Origin: Octopus vulgaris
Taxonomy: Eukaryota
Assembly: GCA_951406725.2 (NCBI GenBank)
Contig: OX597814.1
Coordinates: 157,170,001-157,234,000, forward strand
Direction of reading: 5' to 3'
Length of the DNA stretch: 64,000 bases
Shown: piece by piece, positions 1 to 13,599 of the stretch
Numbering within the stretch: the stretch's first letter is position 1
Layout: every line of letters begins with the position of its first letter
Notes under the pieces: generated by a model
Databases searched by the model: none
Told to the model about the DNA's origin: nothing
Seen by the model: only the letters and a program-made list of their open reading frames with translations
Program-made: the position numbers and the translations under genes

Positions 1-335
1 AAAGTGTAACCACCTGCTACACCAGAGCAAAAGAGTTCGGTACAGTGGAGGTGAGGTTTGCCACGGAAGAAGAGGCAATCAATCACTCCACTGTACCTCT
101 GAGATCACAGGAATGGGTGCTCCTGCCAACCTACTGCGGCAAAAGAGTCGCGAGAATCAGGGTTGGCACAGGATATCGCCAGAAATAGAGGAAGTATGGT
201 TGGTATTAGTCATAGCTTATGAAACGAAAGAAATCAAAGTATTGCAAGTTACAAGAACTTAGAAGCTAAATTGTTGGAGTTATGGACTGGAAATGGTGGT
301 CCAAGCCAGCCAAGAAGAATTAAATGTGATAAATA
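1..335 (+). mobile_element. Tx1/L1-like LINE ORF1 fragment
   Basis: Translates ..TRAKEFGTVEVRFATEEEA...LLPTYCGKRVARIRVG / ISPEIEEVWLV...IKVLQV..YGLEMVV. Similar to the ORF1-like piece at 17600-17850. Confidence 0.5.
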
Positions 336-1462
336 CAGTAAGTAAAAGTTTTATTGATGAAAATTTGATAAGAAAAACTGAGAAAAGACCCAGTTAAATG
401 TAACCACCCGAATGTGGGACTCGAGTGGCCATTTCACTTTCATTTTTCATATAATTTTTTCTTTCATCCTTTTCTTGTTTTGTCCACACTTGTATTGTTC
501 TGCCTGTCCTTGCGCCGTCTTTCGGGCTTTTGTGCCTAATAAAGAATTAAGCAGAGAAAAGGCCGAGGGTCAATACCAGTATCTTGAGTGGAACGATTTG
601 CTAGTACATTATTATTATCCCGTTATATCGTACCTCGACCGTGCGATACAACAACTAGTAAGCTGCATGTTTATGGTAGTATAATAGAATGTGCAAGACA
701 AAATATTGACTATAGCAAACAAACTACTGATAACAAGTGTAATGAACAAAAGACACAGAAAAAGTAAAACTTTTGAAAAAAAATTGATATTATTACATAA
801 AAGCAAACACACGGCAGTTGTATTGATAAAATCGACACCAGTATTTGATCTTGTTTCTGGCCTAGTGCTCACATTAGAAACAATAAGCTATACGTTTATT
901 GAAAACTAACATAGAGGTGGGCGTGTGTAAGATTAATAAACGCTGTTCCTGCTACGATTACGTGGGTAAGTGATTCTTTTATTTGAAAGATTAGGTCAAC
1001 AGTTTTAGGTCCTATACAATGCACACATACACATGCTCGCACTCTACGACACACACCGGTACAATACTAACCAAAAAATAACTGATTTCTATGTTGTTGC
1101 AGCCAAATCATATAAATATCCCAATGTGTTAGGAAAAAAAAGTCGAAATTAAATAGGCCTGGATGAATTACAGTTTAAAATATGACGTTATTACAGGGTA
1201 AATGACATTACGAATAACTATACGTGAACTACATGATTAACACGATCCAAAAAATGTGATCGTTTGACCTGCAAGTAATCGAAGTTTAATTTCCTTCAGA
1301 CGATAGATAGCGCCATCAATATGAAAGGTAAGCTTTAAATAACAGACACAACTAGAACGCCTTTGAACATTGGTATCCTTGAAGGGGATCTACTAGAGGT
1401 TGAAGGAAAATACAAAAATATACAGTACATAAAATAGAAAAGAATCTCAAAAAACTACTCAC

Positions 1463-1820
1463 GGGCTTGTAGCATGGTGTAAATACTGTTTGCAGGAATG
1501 TCGATGAACGATGAGGCACCAGGTAATTGCTTGATTTTACGTACGATGCATACTTCATTGGAAACGCTGTAAATAATCATACCACATTCGGAATATGTCA
1601 CACAGTGAGAAAAGCATTCAACTTCTGATCGGATGTTTGATATCTGGATTAATTTGTCATCTTCTGGAATGGCAGTTAGAGGAGGTGCAACACGAGTCCC
1701 ATAATATTCTCTGAAAGCTACATTACTGCCCAAGCATATTTGGAATAATAGCATTGAGAAAGTAAAGATTACGTAAAGATTTGCTTTATGAATGTCGTGA
1801 CTAACTGAGAAGCAAAGCAT
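1463..1820 (-). CDS. PAN/Apple lectin paralog A, exon 1 (remaining exons presumably left of the window)
   Basis: ORF aligns along its length to 54011-54359: same ATG position, leader, PAN Cys pattern ECFSHCVTYSECGMIIYSVSNEVC, and identical C|GTGAGT donor at 1462-1461. Confidence 0.85.
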
Positions 1821-2602
1821 ATTTGTTTACAATATTGTGATAGATGGAACTTCAAATGCTTTACTAGTTATTAAAGGATTATCACTTCCCTCACAGAAGA
1901 AATCTCGTCTGCTTTATGTCTTTTGAAATAATCGTCCTGATTTTGCTTTTCGGTCTCTCTGTTATATAATAGAAGTGAAAACGTTTCCTGAAACAAAAGA
2001 AAAGGCGTGATTCTCTTCTCAAAGCCCAACTCCGAGTACTAGATTGACAACCTTTCACGGTGTGTTCTAAATTATAACACACACACACACACACACACAC
2101 ACGTATATATATATATATGATAATCTGCATGTTCATTCACCCGTTATACATCAGTTAATTAGAGAAGTTGAGGTGGAGTGAATGAGATGTGAAGAATGAA
2201 AGAGGGAGGAGTAGAGAAGAAAGAAGAGAGGAAGAAGTAGAGAAAATTGATTGATATTAATACACTTATGCCAAATGGTTACGTTATCAGCTGAAGGGAG
2301 GGGCAAAGAATGAGAGAGAGAGAGAGAGAGAAAGAGGTATTAAGGACGTTGTGGTTAAAAAGTTGGCAGAAAGGAAAGGTAGAGAGAGATGCACAGGGGA
2401 GGCATCGTATTGAGAGGGGGAGAAAGAGAAGAACAGAGGAGGCAATTATTTTGAGAGAGAAAGAGGGAAGGGACAGATAACGGTGATGGAGATTGTCTTC
2501 AGTGTAAATGAACCAAATATAAGCAAATTAACCAATTAGAAGCACATGTTCGAACTGCTAATTTAACCGTAAATAGCACAATATTGATTATAGATAAATT
2601 TC

Positions 2603-2691
<89 letters not shown>

Positions 2692-4076
2692 TAATCGATG
2701 TATTAAATGTTAATTTAAGGGTTAATATGTAACTGTAAATACCTTGCAACCTTGCGACTGCTTCCATTGTTGTTAACTAGTAATTGAACGGTAAATGTGT
2801 AAAATAAGGTGATCTTAGTGTTATCACGTTAAAATTAAAAGAGAAAGAATAAAGTGAAACAATATTATAGTTTTATCACATCAGAATTAAAGTTGAAAGA
2901 ATAAAATTGAAACAATATTATATCACACAGGTTTTGTCACTGGCTCAGCACCTATGTTTGTGTTCTTCATTCCAAATAATAAGAACTTTAACTTACTTCC
3001 AAAATGGGAATTCTTCCATGTGAATCCGCGTGTGTATATGTGCAAGTGTGTGTGTTGGGGGGGGGGGGTTATGGTTTTAGTGCGCAAGAAAAATATTTAC
3101 AGAAATGTACTCATATAAATTCTATTAAAATAAGTTATCTTTATATGCCATGTTACCAATTCACTATATAAATGATAGGAAAGTGTGTATGCAATGAAAT
3201 TAGAATCCTGGTTCAGTGACAGATCCATGAAGTTAGTAAAGTTTTAACGTTTTTGGTACCAACATATTCTCCCTTGTAATTAACTATTGCAAAAGAGAGA
3301 AAATGCTACCCTCTCTTTTGCAAGAAAAATGGATTTTGTCGATAAGGATTAAACCCTTGTTTCATTATCACAATTAAAAAGCGTTTATCTTTATTTAAAC
3401 CCAAAAAGAAGAGGTGGGATCGTAGACCTATAACGGAGAATTATTCAATATCGTGTTTGCTTCTATCAGAATCGTTTACCTTTAAAGCGAAAAAACAAAA
3501 CCGACGTATACGACAGGTATGTAAAACATATTTCTGTTTACTTTCTCTGTACATTCGCATAAGCTGTAGAAGTTATTGTGCGCGCACTCACACAAACGCA
3601 GACATTTTCCAGACATCTAGCTGTTATTTTTGGCAGTTCATTTTCAGTTTTAGAAAACGGTATAGGGTGACGAGGGGGAAGGGTGAATGAATCAATTTTG
3701 GAATACTTCATTCATTGAACATTTAAAATTAAAAATTGTTTTTACCATATCTTTAAGCTCCGTATTTTCCCACGTAGATTGTAAAAAGAAAAAAATTGAG
3801 AAAAAGTTAATTTAAAATTTGTGAGGAGGGAAGAATTTAAAACTTTTGAAAACATGCTTCTTTTGCATATTCGGAATCTTCGTTATCGAAAATATAGGAA
3901 TCCGCTGAAAAAAGCAAAAGAAATCAAAAGGGTCGTATAGTGAGCAGGGAAAAGCTAGGGCCCCTATATAGGCAAGGGCCAAAATTTGCACCCCACTAGA
4001 ACCTTCCGCGAGTAATGAAAAACCGTCAGGCCAAATTCGATGCAGATTGATCCAGCGTTTTGGCCGTGCATAGAGG

Positions 4077-4143
<67 letters not shown>

Positions 4144-4148
4144 CAGTG

Positions 4149-4193
<45 letters not shown>

Positions 4194-4310
4194 GATAATA
4201 AGGGTGAAAAATTGAATATTAATTTGATTAATATCAATTTAAAACCAGTGGCCTTGCATATTGAAAATTCTGAAGATTCAGAAAAATTATATTACATACA
4301 TAAAAGGGGT

Positions 4311-4781
4311 TGACCACGAAGTAGATATCCATTATGCTAGAAATTGACCCCCTATGGTATTACCACTAAGAAAAGATTGTTCTCAAGAAAATTCGGCAAA
4401 CGCCAGAACGTAAGCGAGCAAGATAATTGAAAAGACACAAAATATAATGGTTAATCACAAACCCGATTCCATTGTTATCACTTACGTAATTACTTACGTA
4501 AATGTCCGCAATTCTTTAGTATGATCACCATAGCAAAATATAATTTACAGAACGATACTCGAGGCTCCCGCTATGGCGATCACAGTGATGAATTGCGGAC
4601 TTTACTTAAGTGGTAACAATGAAATAGGGTTTGCGATTAATCTTTACGTTTGGCATCTTTTCATTTGTCTTGCTTTCTTACGTTCTGGCGCTTGCTGAAT
4701 TTTCTTCAGAACAATCTTTTCTTAGTGGTAAGACTATAGGGGGGTCTACTTCTAGCATAATAGAAATCCACTTAGTGGTCA
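4311..4781. repeat. Degenerate ~470 bp palindrome (tail-to-tail repeat copies, probably Penelope-derived)
   Basis: Left arm tgaccacgaagtagatatccattatgctagaa..accactaagaaaagattgttct mirrors right arm agaacaatcttttcttagtggt..ttctagcataatagaaatccacttagtggtca. Confidence 0.75.
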
Positions 4782-4804
4782 TCCTTCTTATATGTATATA
4801 TATA

Positions 4805-5230
4805 TATATATATAAACTAAGAATGTGTGTCTGACTGTCTGTCTGTCTGTCTGTATGTAGGAATCCCTAAAACTCGAGAAGTACCCAACCAATTTCATTC
4901 AAATTTTACACATGCATTACTTAGGGTCCATGGAGTGTTTTTAATGTCTTGCCTAATGCATGCTCGGAGCATTCGTCTAAACTGGTTCAGTATTACATGT
5001 GAAAAGTGAATATTGTTTCACTTTTAATTAAGATCATCTTGTAGTACATATTTACCGTTCAATTATCAGTTAATAAGCATCGTAGCAGTTGCAATGTTGC
5101 AAGGTATTTACAATTACATATTAACTCTTAAATTAAAATTTATTACATGTGCTTAATATATATGTATATTAAGAAATTTATCTATAACTAGCAGATATAC
5201 CCGGCTTTGCCCGTGTTACATGCAATTGAA
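4805..5230. mobile_element. Helitron-like non-autonomous fragments
   Basis: 5'-type end tataaactaagaatgtgtgtctg(tctg)n..atttcattcaaattttacac on +. Minus-strand 3' end cacgggcaaagccgggtatatctgCTAGt (hairpin + CTAG) at ~5188-5216. An inverted homolog of the 5' part lies at ~8940-9069. Confidence 0.55.
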
Positions 5231-6469
5231 GAATTAGACTTTTCTGTTATATTTTCTGTATTGAACTGGAATACCTGTTTCAAATTTCATCTAAATTGCA
5301 GATGGGGGTTATTTTCCTCTTTACACACCCTAAAAATTGTAATCGTGCAACATGTATCCCATACTACTGATTTTTATGCGCATATTCCAAAAGTTCAGTC
5401 TTATTGAAACTGTTAAAAGGATTTTGCTCCTGAAAAATGAAGGTCATGGAGCTCTAAAATGTGAGAGTTAAGGTCCCTGTTGGGGGTGGGTGTCTTAATG
5501 TCAAGCAGAGAAGTTGACTTGTTGAGAATCTTTTTAACTTGGGTCTTATATCTATTGTTTGAATTTATTTGAAATAGGGAATATATGTCCACTGGCTTTG
5601 TAAAAGAGAGCAAAGCTACAGGAAGCCATAAGACGAATGATCACAATAAGCAGTCAGCTACCCTACCCTAGTCGTTAGCACTCCCAATGTAGGATTCCTC
5701 ACCATCCAGGTAACAGGCACAGCCGTAAGATGCATTACGAATCTATAGCAATTGGAAGGGCGTGACCCAACTGAAATAAACATTAACAACAGTGTGACGT
5801 GAGGGCTAAGGGGAAATGAAAATGTCACCTCTGGAGTTTCCAAATGACAACTATACTGATACGTAACTGGACAGAATAAATTTACAATCTATAAATGTTT
5901 TTGAATGACGAGTTACCCATCTGGGAAGGCCTTGAAATTAATATTACCATCTGGGGACTATGTGTGACCCAGTGATAATAAAAAACTGAAAGGAGGTCTG
6001 CAATCATATAACTTTACTCAACACTTACAACTGAATCAGTGGAGGCAAAGATATCTCTCATTTACTTGACATTTATGCACAACATTGCATAAATCGCAAT
6101 GTAAGTGTATGTTAAAGCAAACTGACACACTGTTCTACCCCTGAATTACAAATAATGCCCATCTTTTAAGCTCGAGTAACCCTACAGCTTCCAAAAGTAC
6201 AACTGTATTCGTCTTTGCTTAGATAAAATGACAAAATTATGTGTTTTAAGTCCCCATGGAGGGGTATTTCTAACTTGTAAGAAGATGAAATTTTATAAAT
6301 ATTACTTGATTTGTGTCTAATATATATGGTTAAAATTTCATCAACAGCAAAAATATTTGAATTGTCATGGGGGTTATGGCCCTTATGCATAGAATATAAT
6401 TTCCAAATAAGGCCCCCATTAAGGTGTTATATACATATCTATCTATCTATCTATATATCTATCTATCTA

Positions 6470-6542
<73 letters not shown>

Positions 6543-6591
6543 TTATACATATATATATCGATACACACATACACACAGAAACAAAAAGATA

Positions 6592-7245
6592 AATTGATAG
6601 ATACAACTGAGTGGGCAAACAAAAATATGAGAGACAGCCTAGTGCTTTTTTATGTTGATAAACCTGGTACTTATTGTATCAGTTTGTTCTTGTGATACCA
6701 GCAAGTTATGGGGTTGTAAATAAATGATCACCAGTTGTGAACCAGTAATGAGGGCGAAACACAGAGACAAAGACACACACACATACTCTTACATATATAT
6801 ATACATATATATACGATTGATTTGTTTCAGTTCCTGTCTACGAAATCCACATATATATATATGTATGTATACACCCACAGACACACACAAATATGAATTG
6901 ATAGATACAACTGAGTGGGCAAATAAAAATATGAGACACTGCCTAGTGCTTGTTTTATTTTGATAAGCCTGGTACTTTTTCTATCAGCTTCTTCTTGTAA
7001 AACCAGTAAGTTATGGGGATGTAAATAAACGAACACCAGTTGTGAAGCAATGATGACACACACATAGAGTTATATATATATACATACATATATATACGAT
7101 TGATTTCTTTCCGTTTCTGTCTACAAAATCCACTGACAAAGCTTTGGTTGGTCTGAGACTATAGCAGAAGACACATGCCAAGTCACCACATAATAGACTA
7201 AACTCAGGACCATGTGTTTTGGAACCACACAGCCACACCTGTACC
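6592..7245 (-). repeat. Tandemly duplicated (~300 bp period) degenerate SINE copy
   Basis: aattgatagatacaactgagtgggcaaa..aaaatatgaga...cctggtact occurs at ~6592 and ~6896. The downstream part resembles the SINE at 63088-63500. Confidence 0.65.
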
Positions 7246-7579
7246 ACTATGGCAAAAAAAAACGAAGAAAAACAACGAAATCAAACAATGCCCGGTCAAT
7301 TATGGACGCACGTTTCTGGATTAAAATCAGATATTCATTTCCTTTATCAACATAATATTCCGATAAATAAATCTGAAAATGCTTTACCACACAGCCACAC
7401 CTGTACCTATTCATGTGTGTGTGTGTGTGTGTGTGTGTATGGGTGTATATATGCGTGCATGTATATATGTGTATATATATATGTACATATTACATCTATA
7501 TATGTATATATCTACACATACATGTATACATATACACCTATATCTATAGAAATGCATCTACACATATACATGTATATAT

Positions 7580-7626
<47 letters not shown>

Positions 7627-8091
7627 AATACCCTTCAGCTGTATTGATTATTTTATTCCCCTACGACGGAACTACGAATTCATTTTCGGCAGTATTATTT
7701 GTGACTCACGTGGGGGAAAATCTAGAGGGAGATACGAATTCACTTGTCTATATAAATGTGGATATGCTGGTGGCTTCTATATGTCCGATGTCGCTTGTTC
7801 GGAATATGGTGGTGAGATTTTTCTAGCATTTTCAGATTTATTTATCGGAATATTATGTTGATAAAGGAAATGAATATCTGATTTTAATCCAGAAAGGTGC
7901 GTCCATAATTGACCGGGCATTGTTTGATTTCATTGTTTTTCTTCGTTTTTTTTTTGCCATAGTGAGTTACAAATACTGTTGTTTGTGGGACATATTTTTG
8001 TAGTAAAAGAAATAACAGTCGTCTGGCTGCTATTTCTAATACTTTCGGTATGTGGTCTAGCAACCTGTTGCAAAGACCCTCAGTGTTATAA

Positions 8092-8152
<61 letters not shown>

Positions 8153-8170
8153 CATCCATATATATACATG

Positions 8171-8220
<50 letters not shown>

Positions 8221-8238
8221 CATCCATATATATACATG

Positions 8239-8277
<39 letters not shown>

Positions 8278-8448
8278 ATAAATATTAGGGAATGAATCCA
8301 AAATTACAGGGAAAAATCAGATTTAGGGTTAAATCCAATTTATAGTAAAATATTATATAATATAATTCGAGACAAAACCACTATTTTAAAACCAAACAAG
8401 GAAAGACTTAATCAATACATAAAATTTTGATATAAATTAAATAAACCG

Positions 8449-8491
8449 CCACTACAAATGTTTCATGTCTGCTCCGACAATCTTCAGGTGG
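8449..8491 (-). ncRNA. Minimal type I hammerhead ribozyme motif (Penelope pLTR-associated), slightly degenerate
   Basis: Minus strand: CCAC CUGAAGA UUGUC-GGAGCA-GACAU GAAAC AUUU GUA GUGG. Same repeat family as 38420-38462. Confidence 0.7.
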
Positions 8492-8573
8492 ATTTTCGAT
8501 CTTCTATATATACATCTATATGTACACATCTATCTATAAATCTATCTATCTATCTATCTATATATGTATATAT

Positions 8574-8620
<47 letters not shown>

Positions 8621-9281
8621 CATGCAAATTTAAATTTAAAATAATAAGGGTGAAAAATTGAATATTAATTTGATTAATATGAATTTAAAACCAGTGGTGT
8701 AGCATATAAGACCATAGCGGATCTTCTTCTAGCATAATGGATGTCCAGTTACAGTTCATCCCTCTTATATAATAGTTTCAATTTAATAGTTTCAGTATTA
8801 AAGTGAAAGTATTAAAGTGAAATCACGGGATATTACAATAGAGACATATTTTTCTTTCACTTTTGACATGTAATACTGACATAGTGGAGAAGACACGATT
8901 ATTGCTGCGGGGTCGCACTATGCAAAAAGTTAAAATTTGTTTTTGCCCATGACACTACCTGCACCCTAAGTAAGGCATGTGTAAAATTTGAATGAAATTG
9001 GTAGTGTAGTTCTCAAGTTTTAGGGATTCCCACAGACAGACAGACACATTCTCAGTTTTATGTATATAGACATTATTGTGGCATTTACGGTTAAATTAGT
9101 AGTTCTTACATATGCTTATTTTTGGCTCATTTACATCGGCAGAAGTTAGAGAGTAAGTCAAAAGCTGAGAGTTTCATGTATTGACAATTATCAAACGCGA
9201 ATTTGGCCATTGTCACTCTGTAATTTCTGCCTATTATTAATGTATTTATATATATACGTACACTCACACACACACACAAAC

Positions 9282-9316
<35 letters not shown>

Positions 9317-9343
9317 CACAAATATGTATATATATATGTATAG

Positions 9344-9382
<39 letters not shown>

Positions 9383-10469
9383 CACACATTATCATATATG
9401 TTACTATAAAAACATCTCCGGTTATTAAAGAAGGGTTTTGTTTGGGAGGTTTTCAGTTTAAATTTTTCTGTTGTCGAAGATTCATCGCTCTGTCAATTGT
9501 CCCGGAAGTTGTTTGTCGGAAACAGCAGCAATCATTTTCTTCAGGTGAATACACGTCATTGATTGGTTAAAATTACCCAAATACGACAATTTAACACGAA
9601 ATAACTTCTAAAATACAAACTTTTGTCAAAAACGTTAAGATTAAACCCTTTTCTACGTGACACATTCTCCCAGTATCCGAAATTTCAAAGTGTTTAGTTT
9701 AAAACATTAATTAAAAAATCTGTGCATGAGAGGGAATACATCACACGTGTCTAACGATCACACTCCGTACTTCATAAAGTGGATCTTTATCGGGTAGATC
9801 CATTTCATGGATTCAATTTTTCAGGCGATATGACGTTCATGGATGTTTACCAAAGGTTGTTTATCCGTTTTAACCAGTGAAAATGTTGGTTATGTGGGTA
9901 TTTCTGTGTGTATTTGGCGGAGAGGAAGGGAAGGTGATGGGAAGAGAGGAAGGAATGATAGTTATATGGGGATGGAGGTGTGTGTGGTGATGTTGGACTT
10001 ATTTTGCTATTCAATCTGCAGATATGAAGGATTGGTATTACATTCTTTTGTTCGATCTCACCTAAGCTATGACTCTTCAGTGGAGTCTGAAATAAACGGG
10101 TCAGCAGGTACAGCCACTACAGCCATCAGCTGTTGGAGATTATAGTCTGAGTTGATAAATGATACTTTCTTAGGGTGACCTTTAAATTCTTTCTGGTCGT
10201 ACAGAGGTATAGTGTATATCATCCTAAACGTTGGATGACTTGTTTATACATATACGAGAGGATACTCCTAAAGAACTGGAATTTTGCAATATCGTTTTAT
10301 TCACTTAGATTTACATGTTTACACTTACACTGCCTTCAAAGTTTCCTCCGTTTGAAGCAATGCATCGGTCCAGATGTATTATCCACTGTTCGAATTAGAC
10401 CTGGAATTCTTGCGAAGTGATACTTTTTTAAACACCTCCATCGTTTTTCTTCTTCACCAATTCCACACC

Positions 10470-10950
10470 TCTAAATTCCGTAGTACCAGCTTTCCTCACC
10501 AGTGATGACCTTCGGAAAAAAGGTCCGGATCAACTTCCAGCTGTTCTTTCAGTTCATGATACGCATTCAGTCGTAACTGCTTTTGATCTTGCATGAGCAA
10601 ACAAGGCACAAATCTTGCTACAACTGTTTTCATTCGTAATTCCTAGTTCAACAATCTTTGGCAGGAGCTTCAGGATACAGTAGTCAATTGTTCGTTAATT
10701 ATTCGGTGACATTTCTCCACAATCAGTTCACGAATTTTCATTTTGTTTTTATTCGTTTGGAAGGTCAACGCTCACCTTGAATGGTGTGGGTCTTCATGCG
10801 ACAAGTGACCATTCCTAAAGCGTGAAAACCACACGTAACAACGTTCTTGGAAGCCGTTTGAAGCATGGCAACTGTTTCGGCCGACGTTTTCCCCAGCAGA
10901 AAACAGTATTACACAGAAGCATGCTGTTCTTTCGTTTCAGTCGTCGGAAA
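10470..10950 (-). mobile_element. Degenerate mariner transposase fragment
   Basis: Minus translation YCFLLGKTSAETVAMLQ...ARFVPCLLMQDQKQLRL..ELKEQLEVDPD..KVITGEESWYYG (WVPRLL-like motif and first catalytic D region). Confidence 0.75.
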
Positions 10951-11559
10951 AATCGACGGCAGTACGAAACTACCTGACGACGCCAGTCGGTGGACTGATG
11001 CGTGAGGGTCGCATCAAGTGTTTTCTAGTGGGGGGAGCTTTGAACTACAAAGGGATCGTCCTACAGAGAACGTTTCCGGGTAATTTCGGTTACCTCCTTC
11101 TATATATATATATAGTTTCCGAATTTGTGTAAATGTGTATAGAATAATATATCAGGTGAATAAACTTACGACATGGTCTGGTTTTCACGTATTTTATTAT
11201 TGTATTTAAACAATTATCTACTATGTTCAAGTGTGTTAAACATAAAAAAAATATATTGTAGTGTTCATAAAGATCAATTAGTGCTTTCATACGTTCGTAG
11301 TAACCATCAGATTTCAAAATGTATTTAACTGACAGCTGAATTCTTGACAACTGTAGTAAAATGACTTCTTCCTCTTTCTACTTTATAGAAGGTTCCGACT
11401 AGCTGGATTTTTGGAATACAGTTTTGACCAATCAGAATACTGCTTAAACGTCACGGTTTTCCGGGCGCACCGATAATACTGGCATAGATTTCGCCTTTAT
11501 TTTATCCAATTAGCTTGCAGTTTACATGTAAGGGTTTTATTAGTGAGCAAACTTAGTTT

Positions 11560-12630
11560 CTATTTCAATCGGTGGGTGTCTTCTGTAATTTGTTTTTTAT
11601 TCATATGTTAAAGATATTTTTTAATCCACATCATTAACTGGTTGTTATATTATTGCTGTTATTTCCGTTCAGAACAGGTTTGAACATTTTAATAAGACGT
11701 TTTCTTTTATATTTCTTCCAACTTCACTTGCGTGATTTAGTTTGAGGAAAGGAAAAATTAGAAACATTTTCTGATTACATGTTTCTATATGTTCGCTCAA
11801 TGGCATTTTGCGAGCTTTACTGTCCCGGATTTGTTGACTCGTGAGAGTTCCGATATGTGTTCCCTGCCTCGTTAATAGGCAGTTCCTCGCAATTATGTCA
11901 TTTAATATAGTAGATCAAATTTCTGTTGATATCTGCATTTGTGAAAACCTGTCCATTTTTGCGTTCTAATGGATCTACCAGTATGCGTGTATTAACACGT
12001 TCTACATCTGTTATCATTACACTTGGATATTGTGAATGTTTCATCCTGTTTGTTCATGTTGAATCTTGCCTTTGTTAATAGTTTCTTGAGGCTATGGAAT
12101 TGCCTTTTGTTTAAGCTAAGTGTTTGATTCGTTATTATGTTTTTTAATTTTTAATTTTGTTTCATGATTGGAAAATTTATTTTGGTGATGCTAAAAATGT
12201 TCTGGTGTTACTAGAATTGGTATTGTGTTCCGTTGTTGACTTCGTCTTTCTCGTGTTGCTCTAAGTTATTCTATAGGTATCTCTTTTGCTCGTTGTAGGC
12301 TATTTTCTGTAACTAGGGGAAGTTGTTTTTGCTTGTGCAGAAATAATTTCAGTTCTATAAGTTGTGTGTTGTTGGTATTTGTATCATCTACTATAATACA
12401 AATTTTCCTAGCTAGACAGTACGGGATGTTGCGCATTCTGTGTGCTGGGTGGCATGATTTGAAATTTAAGTACTGGTGTGTATCTGCGCTTTTGTAATAT
12501 ATATCAATTGTGATTATGGTGCTGTGTTTTTAATTACCAATTATGTCAAGAAGTGGTAATTGTGTGTTGCTAATTTCCCTTGTGAATTTGAGACTAGGGT
12601 GTAGATCGTGGAAGTTAATCCTGCAGTATA
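11560..12630 (-). mobile_element. Degenerate Penelope-like element (RT thumb and GIY-YIG remnants)
   Basis: Minus translation LHPSLKFTREISNTQLPLLD..IDIYYKSADTHQYLNFKSCHP..NIPYCLARKICIIV, and later QIRDSKARKMPLSEHIETC. Confidence 0.75.
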
Positions 12631-13285
12631 ATTTGTAAAAGGTCATAGTATTAATAATTAGTTCCTCGAGTGTAAACGAAGTAGGATGTAAACCATTTCG
12701 TTTTCTTATGTACTGTTAAACAATAAAGAAATTTAAGGAAGCAATAAGGAGATAAAGCGATTAATAAGGGATTAAACGATCAAGTCAGAGTTATGTCCCT
12801 TGATCGTTTAGACCGCAGCACTAGTTGTGAAATAGCATGACACAGCATTCAACTTGTAAATCAGTATCTTAATCATTTCGGAGGAAGAAAGTCAAAGGGA
12901 GATAACTCTCTATTTTACCTGTTTTATAGATATTCACGTGTAAGCTTTCATGCAAGCCAACGAGAAAGCGTTTAATAGTTACAAGTTCTGATTGAAGTAG
13001 CAGCCAAATTCCATTCTAATACTACGCTACCATCTTAAAAATACTATGTTTATAGCTGGAACATCTTTGAGTATAGTTGTGCATGGTGTGTATTTAAACA
13101 ACAACAATCTAACTTTATGTATGATTGGAGTAACTATTCTAGTCCAGGACTCAATGGAATGTCTGTAGTGTGGTATGAAGAAATAACAGTCAGATGCTTC
13201 ATCCACACGACGATTCCAATTCTACATGACATAAAAACGGACATTTATTTAATTGTGGCTAAGATTCAATCCTGTATACACACAT

Positions 13286-13372
<87 letters not shown>

Positions 13373-13599
13373 CATATATACATACATGTGTATGTGTATA
13401 CATATATATATTATATATTAAATGTTAAAGCAAATGTGTAAAAAGAATAAAATAAATCGTGAAATCATCGGGCAAAATATATTTTGGTATGCATTGGTTT
13501 CAAAACCAGCGAGGTCTTATTTGTCTTTCTTCATTTCTGGCTGGTAAAAATAAGTCCCGGTGAAGTACAGAGGCGAATATGTCTGTCTGTGTTAGGAAT

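Noticed and set aside
1463-1820. Alternative first exon of the 39683-54359 gene (protocadherin-style variable exons)
   Set aside because: On the minus strand it lies downstream of that gene's stop codon, so it must begin a separate paralog.
7219-8301. ORFs rich in YIYI, CVCV, HTHT, poly-I/N/V/T here and throughout the window
   Set aside because: They are translations of (TA)n, (CA)n, (TAA)n and (TAC)n microsatellites, not genes.
5188-9069. One 3.9-kb minus-strand Helitron spanning from the 5' end at 9069 to CTAG at ~5188
   Set aside because: The ends may belong to different copies, and the helicase-like traces near 6170-6210 are too weak to support a single element.
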